Shown here piece after piece: positions 1-10,427 of a stretch of 38,936 bases of DNA. The notes under the pieces were generated by a model. That model was not told where the DNA came from. It searched no databases and saw only the letters and a program-made list of their open reading frames with translations. The position numbers and the translations under genes are program-made. Location of the stretch: assembly GCF_006345805.1 (NCBI RefSeq), contig NW_021835713.1:1-38936 (forward strand). Direction: 5' to 3'. Every line of letters begins with the position of its first letter. Positions within the stretch are counted from its first letter, which is position 1. Source of the DNA: Octopus sinensis (lineage: Eukaryota).

Positions 1-77
1 CATCTGAATAAATAAAATTACTGCTGTTGTTTGTCAACAAGAACTTCCGGCGGTGCATAAATAAATAAATAAATAAA

Positions 78-186
78 TAAAAAGTTCTTGGGGTCGATTT
101 GTTCGAGTAAAATAAAAACCCTGAAGGTGTCGCCCCAGCATAGCTGCAGTCAAAATGACTGAAAGAAGAAAGAGATAAGAGATATC
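78..186 (+). mobile_element. SINE family A, 3' tail fragment
   Basis: GGGGTCGATTTGTTCGAGTAA...GCAGTCAAAATGACTGAAA...AAGAGATAAGAG matches the 3' end of the fuller copies at 10468-10706 and 38121-38503. Confidence 0.75.
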
Positions 187-344
187 AGTTAAATGAATGA
201 AAATAGCAAATCAATGAAAAATGATTTAGAAGTTGTTGAATCATCAAAGGAATATGGGTGTCCAGGGCATATTGGAGAAATGTTTGCAAACGGAGTATCT
301 ATTTGAATCAAGCTTTGTCAATGGGCAGGTGTAAATTGTACGGA

Positions 345-465
345 AGACAGATGGGTAGACGGTACCCGTAATTTGAGAACCCAGTCTTGTCAAACACTTT
401 GTCATTCTTATTCTGCACCCGGGTTACGTTAAGGGTGCAAGACTGTGGAATACTCAACCGCTTGT
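345..465 (+). mobile_element. Degenerate internal/3' fragment of a family C-like SINE
   Basis: CCAGTCTTGTCA...TTACGTTAAGGGTGCAAGACTGTGGAATACTCAACCGCTT resembles an octopus SINE body recalled from memory; a related piece (CCGTGGAATACTCACCCACTT) lies at about 1975-2065. Confidence 0.4.
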
Positions 466-596
466 GTGTATGTGTGTGTGTGTGTGTTGAGTTTGTGTGT
501 GTGTGTGTGTGTGTGAGCGAGTGAGCGTGTGAGTTCATAGTAACTGAGGTGAGATATATTTCAGGTTGTTGAAGGTGTTTGTAAGGTGTATATCAG

Positions 597-853
597 GTAA
601 GGGGAATCTTTTTATAGCTGAAGGCTGCTTGAAATTGTATGTGTTGGGGGGCGGGGGACCCGATTTCATATACATGAATGCGATATTGAATTACATGTAA
701 TGGGACGGGGAACCATTTTATATCTGACGGCTGCATTGAATTACGCGTAGAAAGGCGGGGAACCGATGCACATATGAAGATAGCATTGAATTACGTGTAA
801 TAGGGCGGGGAACCATTTTTATACATGAGGGTGGCATTGGATTATGTATAATC
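597..853. repeat. Minisatellite of about 50 bp, roughly 5 units, with alternating (dimeric) structure
   Basis: Units start TTGAA(A/T)T/TTGGATT at 629, 686, 736, 786, 837 (periods 57, 50, 50, 51); each full unit carries a GG(G/A)CGGGG(A/G)ACC-like core. Confidence 0.85.
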
Positions 854-1050
854 CTATAAATCCACATTAAAGAAAATCTCATTAAATATACACAAAAATG
901 TAATTACATTCATTGTGAAAATGTAATTAAAGCTCTTAAACTAAGATATGAAAATGTAAACTGACCTTTTATTAACTAAATATATATTTATGAAATAACA
1001 GTAATATTTATGGAATCAACAAAATATATTATTTTATATCCTGACACCAG

Positions 1051-1131
1051 ACTTCTTCCATATGGTGGTACTTAAGAGCCTCAAAGGACCCCAGTTCCCT
1101 CCCATCCTGTACACAATTGTTGCCGATAGTG
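1051..1131 (+). CDS. Candidate internal coding exon (81 nt, symmetric), unknown protein
   Basis: Acceptor ...TATCCTGACACCAG| and strong donor GTG|GTAAGT. The phase 1-1 frame reads (D)FFHMVVLKSLKGPQFPPILYTIVADS; the phase 0 frame is also open. No homologue recognised. Shares ATGGT..ACTTAAG with the repeat at 7191-7203, which is a caveat. Confidence 0.3.
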
Positions 1132-1211
1132 GTAAGTCTCTTGGTTCTCAGCCATTGGAAGAATGTAGGTTTGTTTTCGAAAATGTTTGCATTTTACAAG
1201 TTCCCGTGTCA

Positions 1212-1380
1212 GTGCAGTCATGGCTGTGTGGTTAAGAAGTTCACTTTGAAATCACGCGATTTTGGGTTCAGTCCCACTGTGCAGCAACTTGGACAAGTGT
1301 GATCAGATATTATCCTGGCCGTTCAATGCCTTAGGAGAGAATAATTTTGGTAGACGGAACCGGAAAGTGGCCAGTCGTAC
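1212..1380 (+). mobile_element. SINE family A, degenerate 5' half
   Basis: A-box TGGCTGTGTGG, B-box-like GGGTTCAGTCCCAC, then TTGGTAGACGGAACC, ending in (TA)n. Confidence 0.75.
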
Positions 1381-1381
1381 A

Positions 1382-1423
<42 letters not shown>

Positions 1424-1478
1424 TATATATATCTAATATCTATATATCTATATATTATATATAACATGATATATATAT

Positions 1479-1522
1479 ACATTTTAAAACTGATGTAATA
1501 CTTACGTGTTTAATAAAATGAA
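1479..1522 (+). repeat. Isolated fragment of the hammerhead-bearing repeat (helix II tip only)
   Basis: ACATTTTAAAACTGATGTAATACTTAC-GTGTTTAATAAAATGA is near-identical to the middle of the copies at 7268-7311 and 37406-37449; catalytic core nucleotides are absent. Confidence 0.75.
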
Positions 1523-1577
1523 GGGTTTACAGCCGTTCAAACCCTATTTTGATTACGTGATATTACAGGATACTAAA

Positions 1578-1735
1578 AGGACACGGAATTGGTAGAATTG
1601 TTACAGCATTAGATAGAAACCTCATGACATTTTTTTCGGAACTCTGCTCCCTGAAATCATATTCCGCTGAGGTCAACTTTTTTTAATCGTTTTGAGATCG
1701 ATAACTAAAGGAAGAATCCAGTATGTAGGTTCGAT
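1578..1735 (+). mobile_element. SINE family B, highly degenerate
   Basis: GGTAGAATTGTTACAGC...ATTCCGCTGAGGTCAACTTT...GATCGATAA follows the order of motifs in the family B copies (e.g. 18287-18525). Confidence 0.55.
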
Positions 1736-2221
1736 ATCACTCTTTCTCTCTTTTCATATATTTTTCTCTTATTTTCCCTCTCCGTTCTCCCTTTCCATCT
1801 TTTTCCCCCTCGTCTCAATCTCTCTCCTTCTCCATCTCTCCCCTTACTCTTCTATCTTCTCCCACCGTTTTCTCGGGTCTGTGCCATTCAAAGGTCGAAC
1901 CTCGGCATATTATCACGCTGATTCAACAGAAGAGAGAGAGAAAAAAAAGAAAAAATGTAAAAGCTTGCATATATCCGTGGAATACTCACCCACTTACAAG
2001 TTTATTTCATGACAAGGGACTCAGCTGGTCAGACAAATGGGCGCGCATCGTCTAAACTGACGGATGGAGAATCCAAGATCATAAGCCTGAAATATTTATA
2101 AAATAGACTCGTCTAAAACAAAAGTGACCAGCAAGAATTCGGAAGAAGTTAATTTGTAAAAGAAAGGCAAGTGTGTAAGGGACTAGGTGACTCAATGCAA
2201 CGAGGCTCAGTAGTATAATTT

Positions 2222-2345
2222 TTTAATGTTTCAATTGACTGCGACCAAGCTGGAGCATCGCCTTGTAGGGTTTCAGAAAAAAAAAATCAACCTGAGTACT
2301 AATTTTCAAGTCTGGGACTTATTATACTTATAGAATTTGTAGAAA
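2222..2345 (-). mobile_element. SINE family A, 3' tail fragment
   Basis: GTTTCAATTGACTGCGACCAAGCTGGAGCATCGCC is the reverse complement of the family A tail GGCGGTGCTCCAGCATGACCGCAGTCAAATGACTGAAAC. Confidence 0.65.
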
Positions 2346-2488
2346 TACGCTTAAAAATGAAAACATCGCACTGCTAACACAAAAGGCATAATATTATCTA
2401 TTCAATATACTTGGTAGTATATTATGGTTGCAAAACGAAATATGGTATCCTTCCTACTTTCGTAAGTATTGTGAAGTGTAATGCTCTG

Positions 2489-2519
2489 TGGACGAAGTCT
2501 AATAAGACCGAAACATGTC
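2489..2519 (+). ncRNA. Degenerate minimal type I hammerhead-like motif
   Basis: TGGACGA (mutated CUGANGA)-A-GTCT[AATA]AGAC-C-GAAAC-AT-GTC: intact helix II hairpin, GAAA, palindromic ACATGT helix III and GUC triplet. C3/U4 are mutated and helix I is not evident. Confidence 0.4.
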
Positions 2520-2639
2520 TGGATTTTCTCCAGTACTTGACGAAATAATTAAAATAATATTAGTTATTGAACCTCATAAGAAGTTAAAATTATATTTTTG
2601 ATGCTAACTACATCGAGTATGGTAAGAGCCAGCTTATTG

Positions 2640-3125
2640 AAAGATAGACAAGATAGGAGAGAAGAGACTGTAGAACATGTGAAAGCAGTACAGGGTAAGA
2701 AAAGGTAGAAAAGGTAGTGTTTGAAGAAAGAGAGAAAGAGAGAGAGAGAGGGAGAGAGGGACCGAGAGAGAGAGAAAGTGAGAGAAAGGGTATTCAGATA
2801 AGGAGGGAGTGGAGAAGATGGAGGAGCAAATGGTTTTAGTTTCCGTTGAATCTATTGGAAGAGTTAATATTTGATGAGCGTCTTGAGGCATGACAGATTA
2901 ACGAGAACCAAAACAGCTTTCACTTCCACCCCCATCTCCCTCTCCACCTCTCACCCTCGCTCTCTCTCTCTCTCTCGCTCTCTCTCTTCTCTTTTACTTC
3001 CCTGTCTTTCAAACTCACTCTCTCTTCATAAAACATGGCGCCTCTTTGCCTTTCTCTCACGCTTCCTCCTTATTCTCTTCTCCTCCTCTTCTACCCCCCC
3101 TCTCTCTCTCTCTCTCTTTGCCTCT
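2640..3125. repeat. (GA)-rich tract followed by (CT)-rich tract
   Basis: Purine tract about 2640-2830 and pyrimidine tract about 2915-3125, directly visible. Confidence 0.9.
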
Positions 3126-3410
3126 ATATTGATATATGTTTAAGTGTTCGGATCTTGGGTCTACGACAGGTCGGGTGGCGGTTGCGGTCTGTGAGATAGA
3201 GATGATGGAAATGGCTGGCTAGGATGAATGGATGGATGAAGGCTCGCGGTGGTGATAGTGGTAGTGGTGGTGGTGGAGCTAGAAGTGCAGTTCGTACTGG
3301 TAGCGGAGAGGGAACAAAATTGGTGTGGATGAGAGGCAAAGTTAGGGAATCTCTAAAAAAAGTTAACGAGATTTGAGAATAAAGATAACGAAGAGAAGAA
3401 AATAGAGAGC

Positions 3411-3472
<62 letters not shown>

Positions 3473-3690
3473 TTTTCGGTACTAAAAGGTAACACACTTA
3501 CTCGCCTTGACAAAGGGATAGGGATGTGGTTTCGTCTCCCACACGGATAGGAAGGGCTTTTTTTGTCGAGTGCTTATATGCCCCTTATTAGACGATTTTC
3601 CTTAGTCATTGCACGGTGATCGCCTTAAGTTTAAGCTTATATAAAAATAACCATATTATTATTTTCAGGATGTATTATTTATATTATTCT

Positions 3691-3725
<35 letters not shown>

Positions 3726-3746
3726 CATACATACATACATACATAC

Positions 3747-3782
<36 letters not shown>

Positions 3783-3865
3783 CATACATACATACATACA
3801 TACATGCATACATACATACATATATATATATACATACATACATACATTCATATATACATACGTAC
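3411..3865. repeat. (TA)n and (TACA)n microsatellites
   Basis: Runs at 3411-3470 and about 3690-3865. Confidence 0.95.
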
Positions 3866-3871
3866 GTACAG

Positions 3872-4056
3872 GTGACGTTGGTTCCTCTAAGTCTCTGTGA
3901 CAGTAGCGGTTAGGCAAAGAAAACCTATAGAATAAGTACCAGGTTTTAACAAAATGTGCCAGGGTCGATATATTTCACTAACCCGGTTAAGGTTTTTACC
4001 CTAGCAAGGGCTGCAATCCAATGATCGAAACAAGATAAAAAGTAAAAGATAAAGAT
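3872..4056 (+). mobile_element. SINE family A, degenerate 3' half
   Basis: TAGCGGTTAGGCAAAGAAAACCTATAGAATAAGTACCAGG...GGGTCGAT...GAAACAAGATAAAAAGTAAAAGA matches the family A tail. Confidence 0.7.
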
Positions 4057-4569
4057 GAAGACACACACACCACACACACACACACACAAACACACACACT
4101 CACATTTACACACACGTACACGCGCATCCGACCGCTCACATACACAATCGCACACAACACGCACATTTTGGACATGGCGAGTAAGCGTGTTTTGTCAAGA
4201 CAAGACAATGAATATCTAATCATGCCCCCCCACCCACCACAACCACCACCACCACCACCACCACAACCACCTCCACTCCCACCACCACCAACAACAATAA
4301 GAACAATTCCTTCTCCTCTTACTGCGTATCTGTTATTCTCCGTCCCTTTGCTCCTCCCCCTCTTCCCCCCTCTCTCTCTCTCTCTCTCCTTCCATCTCTC
4401 TACCTGTTTCGGTCCTCCTCCCCCCACCCCCGTCTACCTTGCTTCCCTTAATAGTTCAGGAAACCCTAATACATTCATCACAGCTGTTTTATGCTTAGCT
4501 TCTCCAATGCTGACGATGGCCACCGACTGACTATAAATAATGATTTAGTAACACGGTCTGTCTTAGTGG

Positions 4570-5034
4570 CAACAACAACAACAACAACAACAACGATAAC
4601 AACAACGAGTTTAAGAACCAGACAGACAACTACGTCGTCGACACCACAACCACCACTGCCACAACCACCAGCACCACCACAGTCAATACCAGCAACAAAA
4701 AAACAAAAAACAAGATGGCAGACATCTATAAATTCGACATCTAGAAATCCACGTCGACAAAAGCAATACTAACAAACACCCACCACCAGCACCACCAGCA
4801 CTACCACCAGCAACAACAACAACATATACCACCAATGAGAACGAGACAGGCACAATTATAGAAACAATACCACCACGACCACCACCACTGACAACAGCAA
4901 TAACATCAACGTTCGCAACAACAAAATAGAAAAAATAAACAATAATAATCAGAAAAAACAGGAACCGTAAACAATAACAAAATCACCACCACCACCACCA
5001 CCACTAACTACTACTACTACTACTACTACTATTA

Positions 5035-5083
<49 letters not shown>

Positions 5084-5108
5084 TGCTACTGCTACTGCTA
5101 CTACTACG

Positions 5109-5194
<86 letters not shown>

Positions 5195-5215
5195 AATGAT
5201 AACAACAACAACCAA
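4570..5215. repeat. Compound trinucleotide low-complexity block (CAA/CCA/CTA/CTG)
   Basis: Direct inspection; source of the poly-V/T ORF artefacts. Confidence 0.9.
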
Positions 5216-5643
5216 TATGAAGAGCAATAAAGATTAAGGTGTTTAAATGTTGGTGGGGAAGGAATTGAGGGTCAGTGTAAGAGCTGCCTTTGTGTGTGTA
5301 TGTGTGTGTGTGTATGCGTGTGTGTGCAAGTGCGTATGTGTGTGTGTGGTTAGGGATCGCTTGGCATTAAACAGAAGAGATAGCAAACCAAGCAAAACAA
5401 AAGTCCCCCATTATCACAACTTCCTATCTCTTCCACCCCGATATTCACCCCCTTTGCACCCTCCTCCGCCTGCATGGACGTGCGAGCGTCTGTGTGTGTG
5501 TGTGTGTATGTGTGTGTGTGTGTGTGTGTGTGAATTTATGCATATATGTACATTGCAAATTATTGCTCTTGGCCATAAATGTTCTCTACTATCTTTGTAT
5601 TCGTGTAAGACATCGATTAATTGAACTCAGGCAGGACAACTGC

Positions 5644-5682
5644 TGTGCTGATGACGCCTATCCAGACTGAAACATGTTCGTG
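5644..5682 (+). ncRNA. Degenerate minimal type I hammerhead-like motif
   Basis: CTGATGA (5648-54)-CGCCT[ATCC]AGACT-GAAAC (5669-73)-AT-GTT. Core perfect, palindromic ACATGT, helix II partly mismatched; (TA)n starts about 45 bp downstream. Confidence 0.45.
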
Positions 5683-5848
5683 CTGCTGATGAATTATCCC
5701 CAAGAAAACAAAAAAGTTTTTGTTTCATTATATATATATATATATATAATATATAGTTGAAATTACAGAAAAATAAAAGACAAAGACAGTTGTATGACAA
5801 CAAGAAGGTATATTAGCTACCTTTCCTCATATTAATATATTATATATC

Positions 5849-5880
<32 letters not shown>

Positions 5881-5887
5881 GTATATG

Positions 5888-5919
<32 letters not shown>

Positions 5920-6562
5920 TGTATGTATGCATGTATGTATATATATCAGAATGGCCTTCAGAGGAGGAAAGGTAGCAGACTGAAACTTCGAAGTCACTGT
6001 CAGTCTTCTCCCTATAATAGCACACAACACTCCACTCATATGTATGCACTGTGTGCGTGCGTGGGCGTTCGTGTGTGTGTGTGTGTTTGTGTGTCTAAAA
6101 TAGTGTAAGGCAGAAAAGCGTAAGTTTTACGTAAGATCTTTGATTTAATTTTTTCCGACAGCCGTTCCAACAGAAGACAAAGATAAAAAAATCAAAAACA
6201 AAAACAGCATTTATGTAATTACGCAATTAATATGCATAATACATTAATATTCTACATTAGTTAATTTAAATGTGACTGCTTACCTATTACGTAATTACAT
6301 AACGCATGGTGTTTATATATTCCACAGAAAGAGCTGTGCAAAACAAATTATGAATCATACGTTAGAATTACACTTTCTGCTCTCTATTATTCTGTGTTAC
6401 TTTCAAATATCGCTTTTGCCGAGTCGGTGTATACATGCAAGTTTATTCCATCAATATTTATTGCATTGTAATAATGTATTGCAGTTTAACGATGTGTTAC
6501 TAATTGAACTCTTAAATACCGTGAATATATTTTTATGACACTTATACATCAAGCCATTATAT

Positions 6563-6610
<48 letters not shown>

Positions 6611-6847
6611 GTATGTGCGCACATTACGTATATACGTATAAACACATAGCACACATTCATTGATAAACACACATTTTTCTGTGTAAGTGAGTGTGTCTGC
6701 ATGTGTGTGTGTGTGTGTGTGTGTGTAAGGTTGAAAATGTAGGATGGTGTGTGCACTATGAATAAAGTAAAGAAAATATCGTAATGGAACACCTATATGA
6801 GAAAAGGAAATGACGAAGGAATAAATGGTTATGTTATGAACGTCATT

Positions 6848-6928
6848 AGCTTACAGCTGTTTCGGTGATAAGATACAGTGGACTCATAGTTGAGTGCCTG
6901 AATAATATCTTATAGCTTCATCAGAACC
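6848..6928 (-). ncRNA. Type I hammerhead-like motif with extended helix II
   Basis: Minus strand: GGTT-CTGATGA-AG..ATAAGATA...ACTCA[ACTA]TGAGT...TATCTTAT..C-GAAAC-AGCT-GTA-AGCT. Full core, palindrome ACAGCTGT, 4-bp helix I with two G.U pairs. Confidence 0.6.
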
Positions 6929-7106
6929 TCAAATATGTAATACAATTCATTTGGCAAAAAATTACAATACCGCATATATAGGGAACGGCATTATCAATGA
7001 CAAGGTCAATACAGACGCATATAACAACACAGACGTATGTAACAAGAGCGCATGTCCAAAGTGTAATTATATGTATTATTGGAAATGCCTAAGTGATATA
7101 TATACG

Positions 7107-7166
<60 letters not shown>

Positions 7167-7365
7167 CAGCAAAATTTAGATTTAGATGAATATGGTACTT
7201 AAGTTAAAGGCACCAGAATTTTGTCCGTTTAATTAAAAATTTCTATATGTGGCTGAAGATTGCTCGACATTTTAAACCTGATGTAATACTTACAGTGTTT
7301 AATAAACTGAAGTAGCATGAAACAATTGTACTACACTACCTTGGATATCCTTGTTGCTTATTTGG
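7167..7365 (+). mobile_element. About 200-bp repeat flanked by (TA)n on both sides, carrying a hammerhead motif (Penelope/retrozyme-like)
   Basis: Homologous to 37324-37507 from AAAAATTTCTAT to TTGTTGCTTATTT; both copies lie between TA runs. Confidence 0.7.
7248..7335 (+). ncRNA. Type I hammerhead-like motif, long helix II
   Basis: TGTGG-CTGAAGA(7253-59)-TTGCT...TGTAA[TAC]TTACA...AGCAT-GAAAC(7319-23)-AATT-GTA(7328-30)-CTACA. 5-bp helix I, all core nucleotides present, palindrome ACAATTGT. Confidence 0.7.
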
Positions 7366-7561
7366 ATATATATATATACATATAAATATATGTACATACA
7401 TATATACATACATAGTACATACACACATACATACATACATGCATACATACATACTACATACATACATACATACATACATACATACATACATACTACATAC
7501 ATACATGATTGACCGCTAACTCCAAAATTTTTTTATTTTCCCTCTGTTATTTCCTTGTGCT

Positions 7562-7599
7562 TCTTTCTGTTGAGGAGCGTAGGCTTGAAACGTAAAAGA
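7562..7599 (+). ncRNA. Ultra-minimal type I hammerhead-like motif
   Basis: TCTTT-CTGTTGA-G-GAGC[GTAG]GCTT-GAAAC-GTA-AAAGA: perfect 5-bp helix I, helix III is only ACGT (no loop). A6 is replaced by U. Confidence 0.5.
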
Positions 7600-7756
7600 C
7601 TTTCTCACCTTTCTGAGCGTCAAATGAATATACCTACTTATTGTTTATACACCTGTCTTCGTCTTTTATTCTTGTTAATTTCAACTATATATATGTATAC
7701 ATACATGTGCACAAAATGTTTGCATTTAAGTATAGTTTTATATTTGAAAGATTCAG

Positions 7757-7892
7757 ACATTAAATCGTCTTCATCCAAAGCTTCGATACGGAGATCAATG
7801 ATACGACCTCTGATTGTCCCGAGAAAGTTACACGGGAATTACCAGAAACACCCTCAAGAGTCTATACAACCAGAATGTAAACACTTATTCAG
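7757..7892 (+). CDS. Weak candidate internal exon
   Basis: Open frame (D)IKSSSSKASIRRSMIRPLIVPRKLHGNYQKHPQESIQPECKHLF(R); starts in phase 1 and ends in phase 2, compatible with its neighbours, but the acceptor is mediocre and the donor (AG|GTCAAG) is poor. Confidence 0.15.
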
Positions 7893-8589
7893 GTCAAGAA
7901 ACACGGAGACTTCTCTCTATTTGTTTGTTTCTATCTCTCTGTATGGCCCCTTTCTCTTTGTCTTAATTCATTTGGAAATTAAGGGACCACAGTTCTGTGT
8001 ATGTCTCAATGACGTAGAATATCGTGCACAGAGATAAGCCGTATAACAACAGAACATAAAGTTCAGGCTATGTTTTACCGATATGCTCTACACATATCAG
8101 CCAAAGACATCGCTATACCTGTGTTTATGTATGTATGTATGTATGTATGTATGTATGTATGTATGTATGTATGTATGTATGTATGTATGTATGTATATAT
8201 GTATGTATGTAAACACACGCATACCGTGCGTGCTTATATTCATAAGCAAACAGTATTTATATATTTACGTGTATGTGTATGCCGTTTAAAATACACTCAA
8301 ACACGAGCTAATGAACTAACAACCACGTGGTCGTTTAATCTGCTAAAAACAGAAGTGCTATCACTCTAAAAATTCACCTTTATAACTTGAAACAGGACAC
8401 TACTGATACTGTCGTTTCAGGTTCTATTGCACATTTGGAAAAAGACGAGATGGTCATAATTGGAAGGTGCTTCATCATTGGTCTGCCTCATCAGGTTTGA
8501 CCTAGGGCTGAGCAACAACATTGAAACATGCATTAAACACAGATTTGAAAGACAAGCTAAACATAAAACCAGTCATAGAATCACACACG

Positions 8590-9007
8590 CATAGCATTGT
8601 GTATGTGTGTGGTGGTGGTGATACACGTATATACATATATTTGTATATAAGTGTGTGTGTATGAGTGTTTGAGTGGATATATACACATATATGCACACAC
8701 AGATATATATACATATGCATACATATATATATATATACAAGATTTTATATATATGTATATATATATATATATAGATCTATATATATATATAATACCACAC
8801 ATATATATTTATATATATATGTTGTGTATATAAATATATATACACACGTATGTATATATATATATATATGCATATATATGTATGTATATATATTATATAT
8901 ACATATATATGAATGTATATATATATATATACATATATACTATGTAGATTCATACATATGTACATAGATTCATATATACTATGTAGATCATACATATGTA
9001 CATACGT

Positions 9008-9047
<40 letters not shown>

Positions 9048-9051
9048 CACG

Positions 9052-9104
<53 letters not shown>

Positions 9105-9162
9105 GCACATATGCATGTTGATATATTTAAATATATATTTACACATATATACATGCATACAG

Positions 9163-9196
<34 letters not shown>

Positions 9197-9256
9197 GCAC
9201 ATAAACAAACATAGAAACACACAACACACAACACACACACACACACACACACACAC
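8590..9256. repeat. Compound (TA)n/(CA)n/(TG)n microsatellite block
   Basis: Direct inspection. Confidence 0.95.
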
Positions 9257-9544
9257 TGACGCGCGAATACCTACATACTGAACGAAACCTAATTAATAAA
9301 TAACAGTCTACAAAATGGAACATTGAATTTAAAACCGTTCGTGTTTTTCTATCTTTTAAATTATGCACGACATCTTATTTTAACTGATATTAATGAAAAC
9401 CCAATTAATTTCTCTTCATATTTGTATATTTTATCAATTATTTACTCGTGAATGTGTGTGTGTATATATTTGTTTGTTTCTTTTACGTTTTGTTTTAACA
9501 TTTCAGGGTATTTTTATTGTCATTATATATGGGTGTTTTTTTTT

Positions 9545-9994
9545 TGTAGTTGTTGTTGTTGTTGTTATATTTCTTATGGTAAGAAATAGTTTTTAAAAAT
9601 CTATTTTATTTGGGTTTGTTTCATAGAAATATTTGCTTCTGTTTTTGTAGTTGTTTCTGCTGCTGTTGTTCCAGAAGTTGTTGCCGTTTTTTTGTTGTTT
9701 CTGTTGTTGTTATTGCTGTTGTTGTTACTGTTTTTTTGTTGTTCACCTTGTCATTGCTGTTCTTGTTACCCTTGCTAAAATTCTTGTTGATGATGATGAT
9801 GATTCTTTTCTCGTTGCTGCAGTAATTCTTATCGTTGTTGTTGGTGTCGTTGTTGTAGTTGTTGCTTTGTTCGTGGTGCTGTTATGGTTTTTGCCGCTCT
9901 TAGTGGGAGCTCTGTTATTGTTGTTGTTGCTGGTGGTGGAGGTACTGACGATGCTGCCGTTTCTGCATTTGCTGCAGCTGCTGTTGCTGTGGAT
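9545..9994. repeat. (GTT/GCT/GAT) trinucleotide low-complexity block
   Basis: Direct inspection. Confidence 0.9.
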
Positions 9995-10367
9995 GTTGAG
10001 CGAACGGTCTTCGTCCCAGAGCTCGCAAGATGGGAGAAGTCCGAAACGTGGTCCTTTGCTATTCGTAAGACCCGCAGAAGAGAGAGCAGGTCAACCCCCG
10101 ACACCGAGAGCATCGACGGATGGATGAATGCGCATCCAGGCTCAGCGGTTGCGTAGGAAGTCGGGGACAAGAAACAGGAAGAAAAAGTGAGAGAAAGTTG
10201 GTGCGAAAGAGTACAACAGGGGTCGACACCCACAAACCCTGCCGGAGCCTCGTGGAGCTTTAGGTGTTTTCGCTCAATAAACACACACAACGACCGGTCT
10301 GGGAATCGAAACCGCGATCCTCCGACCGCGAGTCCGCTGCTCTAACAACTGGGCCATTGCGCCTCCA
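9995..10367 (-). mobile_element. SINE family D (tRNA-derived), near full length
   Basis: Minus strand GGAGGCGCAATGGCCCAGTTGTTAG (A-box)...GGTTTCGATTCCC (B-box); highly similar along its length to the + copy at 13777-14197. Confidence 0.9.
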
Positions 10368-10427
10368 CTACTGTTGCCGTTGGTACTGTCGCTGTTTAAT
10401 TTTCAGTACAACATTCATCGATTAGAC

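Noticed and set aside
193-432. ATG-started frame with a single in-frame TGA (304-306), a possible selenoprotein
   Set aside because: The downstream half overlaps a decayed SINE; there is no redox motif, selenoprotein similarity or SECIS.
3160-3352. Minus-strand acceptor (TTTTTTAG) followed by open S/T/P-rich frames
   Set aside because: Two frames are open only because of the (ACC)n low complexity; no homology and no partner exon.
4168-4530. 120-aa proline-rich ORF, or a micro first exon ATGGCGA|GTAAGC
   Set aside because: The ORF reads through (CCA)n and (CT)n microsatellites; the micro-exon has no supporting promoter evidence.
6162-6214. Possible exon AVPTEDKDKKIKNKNSIY after a good acceptor
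   Set aside because: A-rich low complexity, a weak donor, and an end phase (0) that does not fit the downstream candidates.
8403-8498. Minus-strand CTGATGA...GAAAC-GACA-GTA hammerhead-like spacing
   Set aside because: Helix I does not pair, helix II is not supported and helix III is not palindromic; it could be chance.
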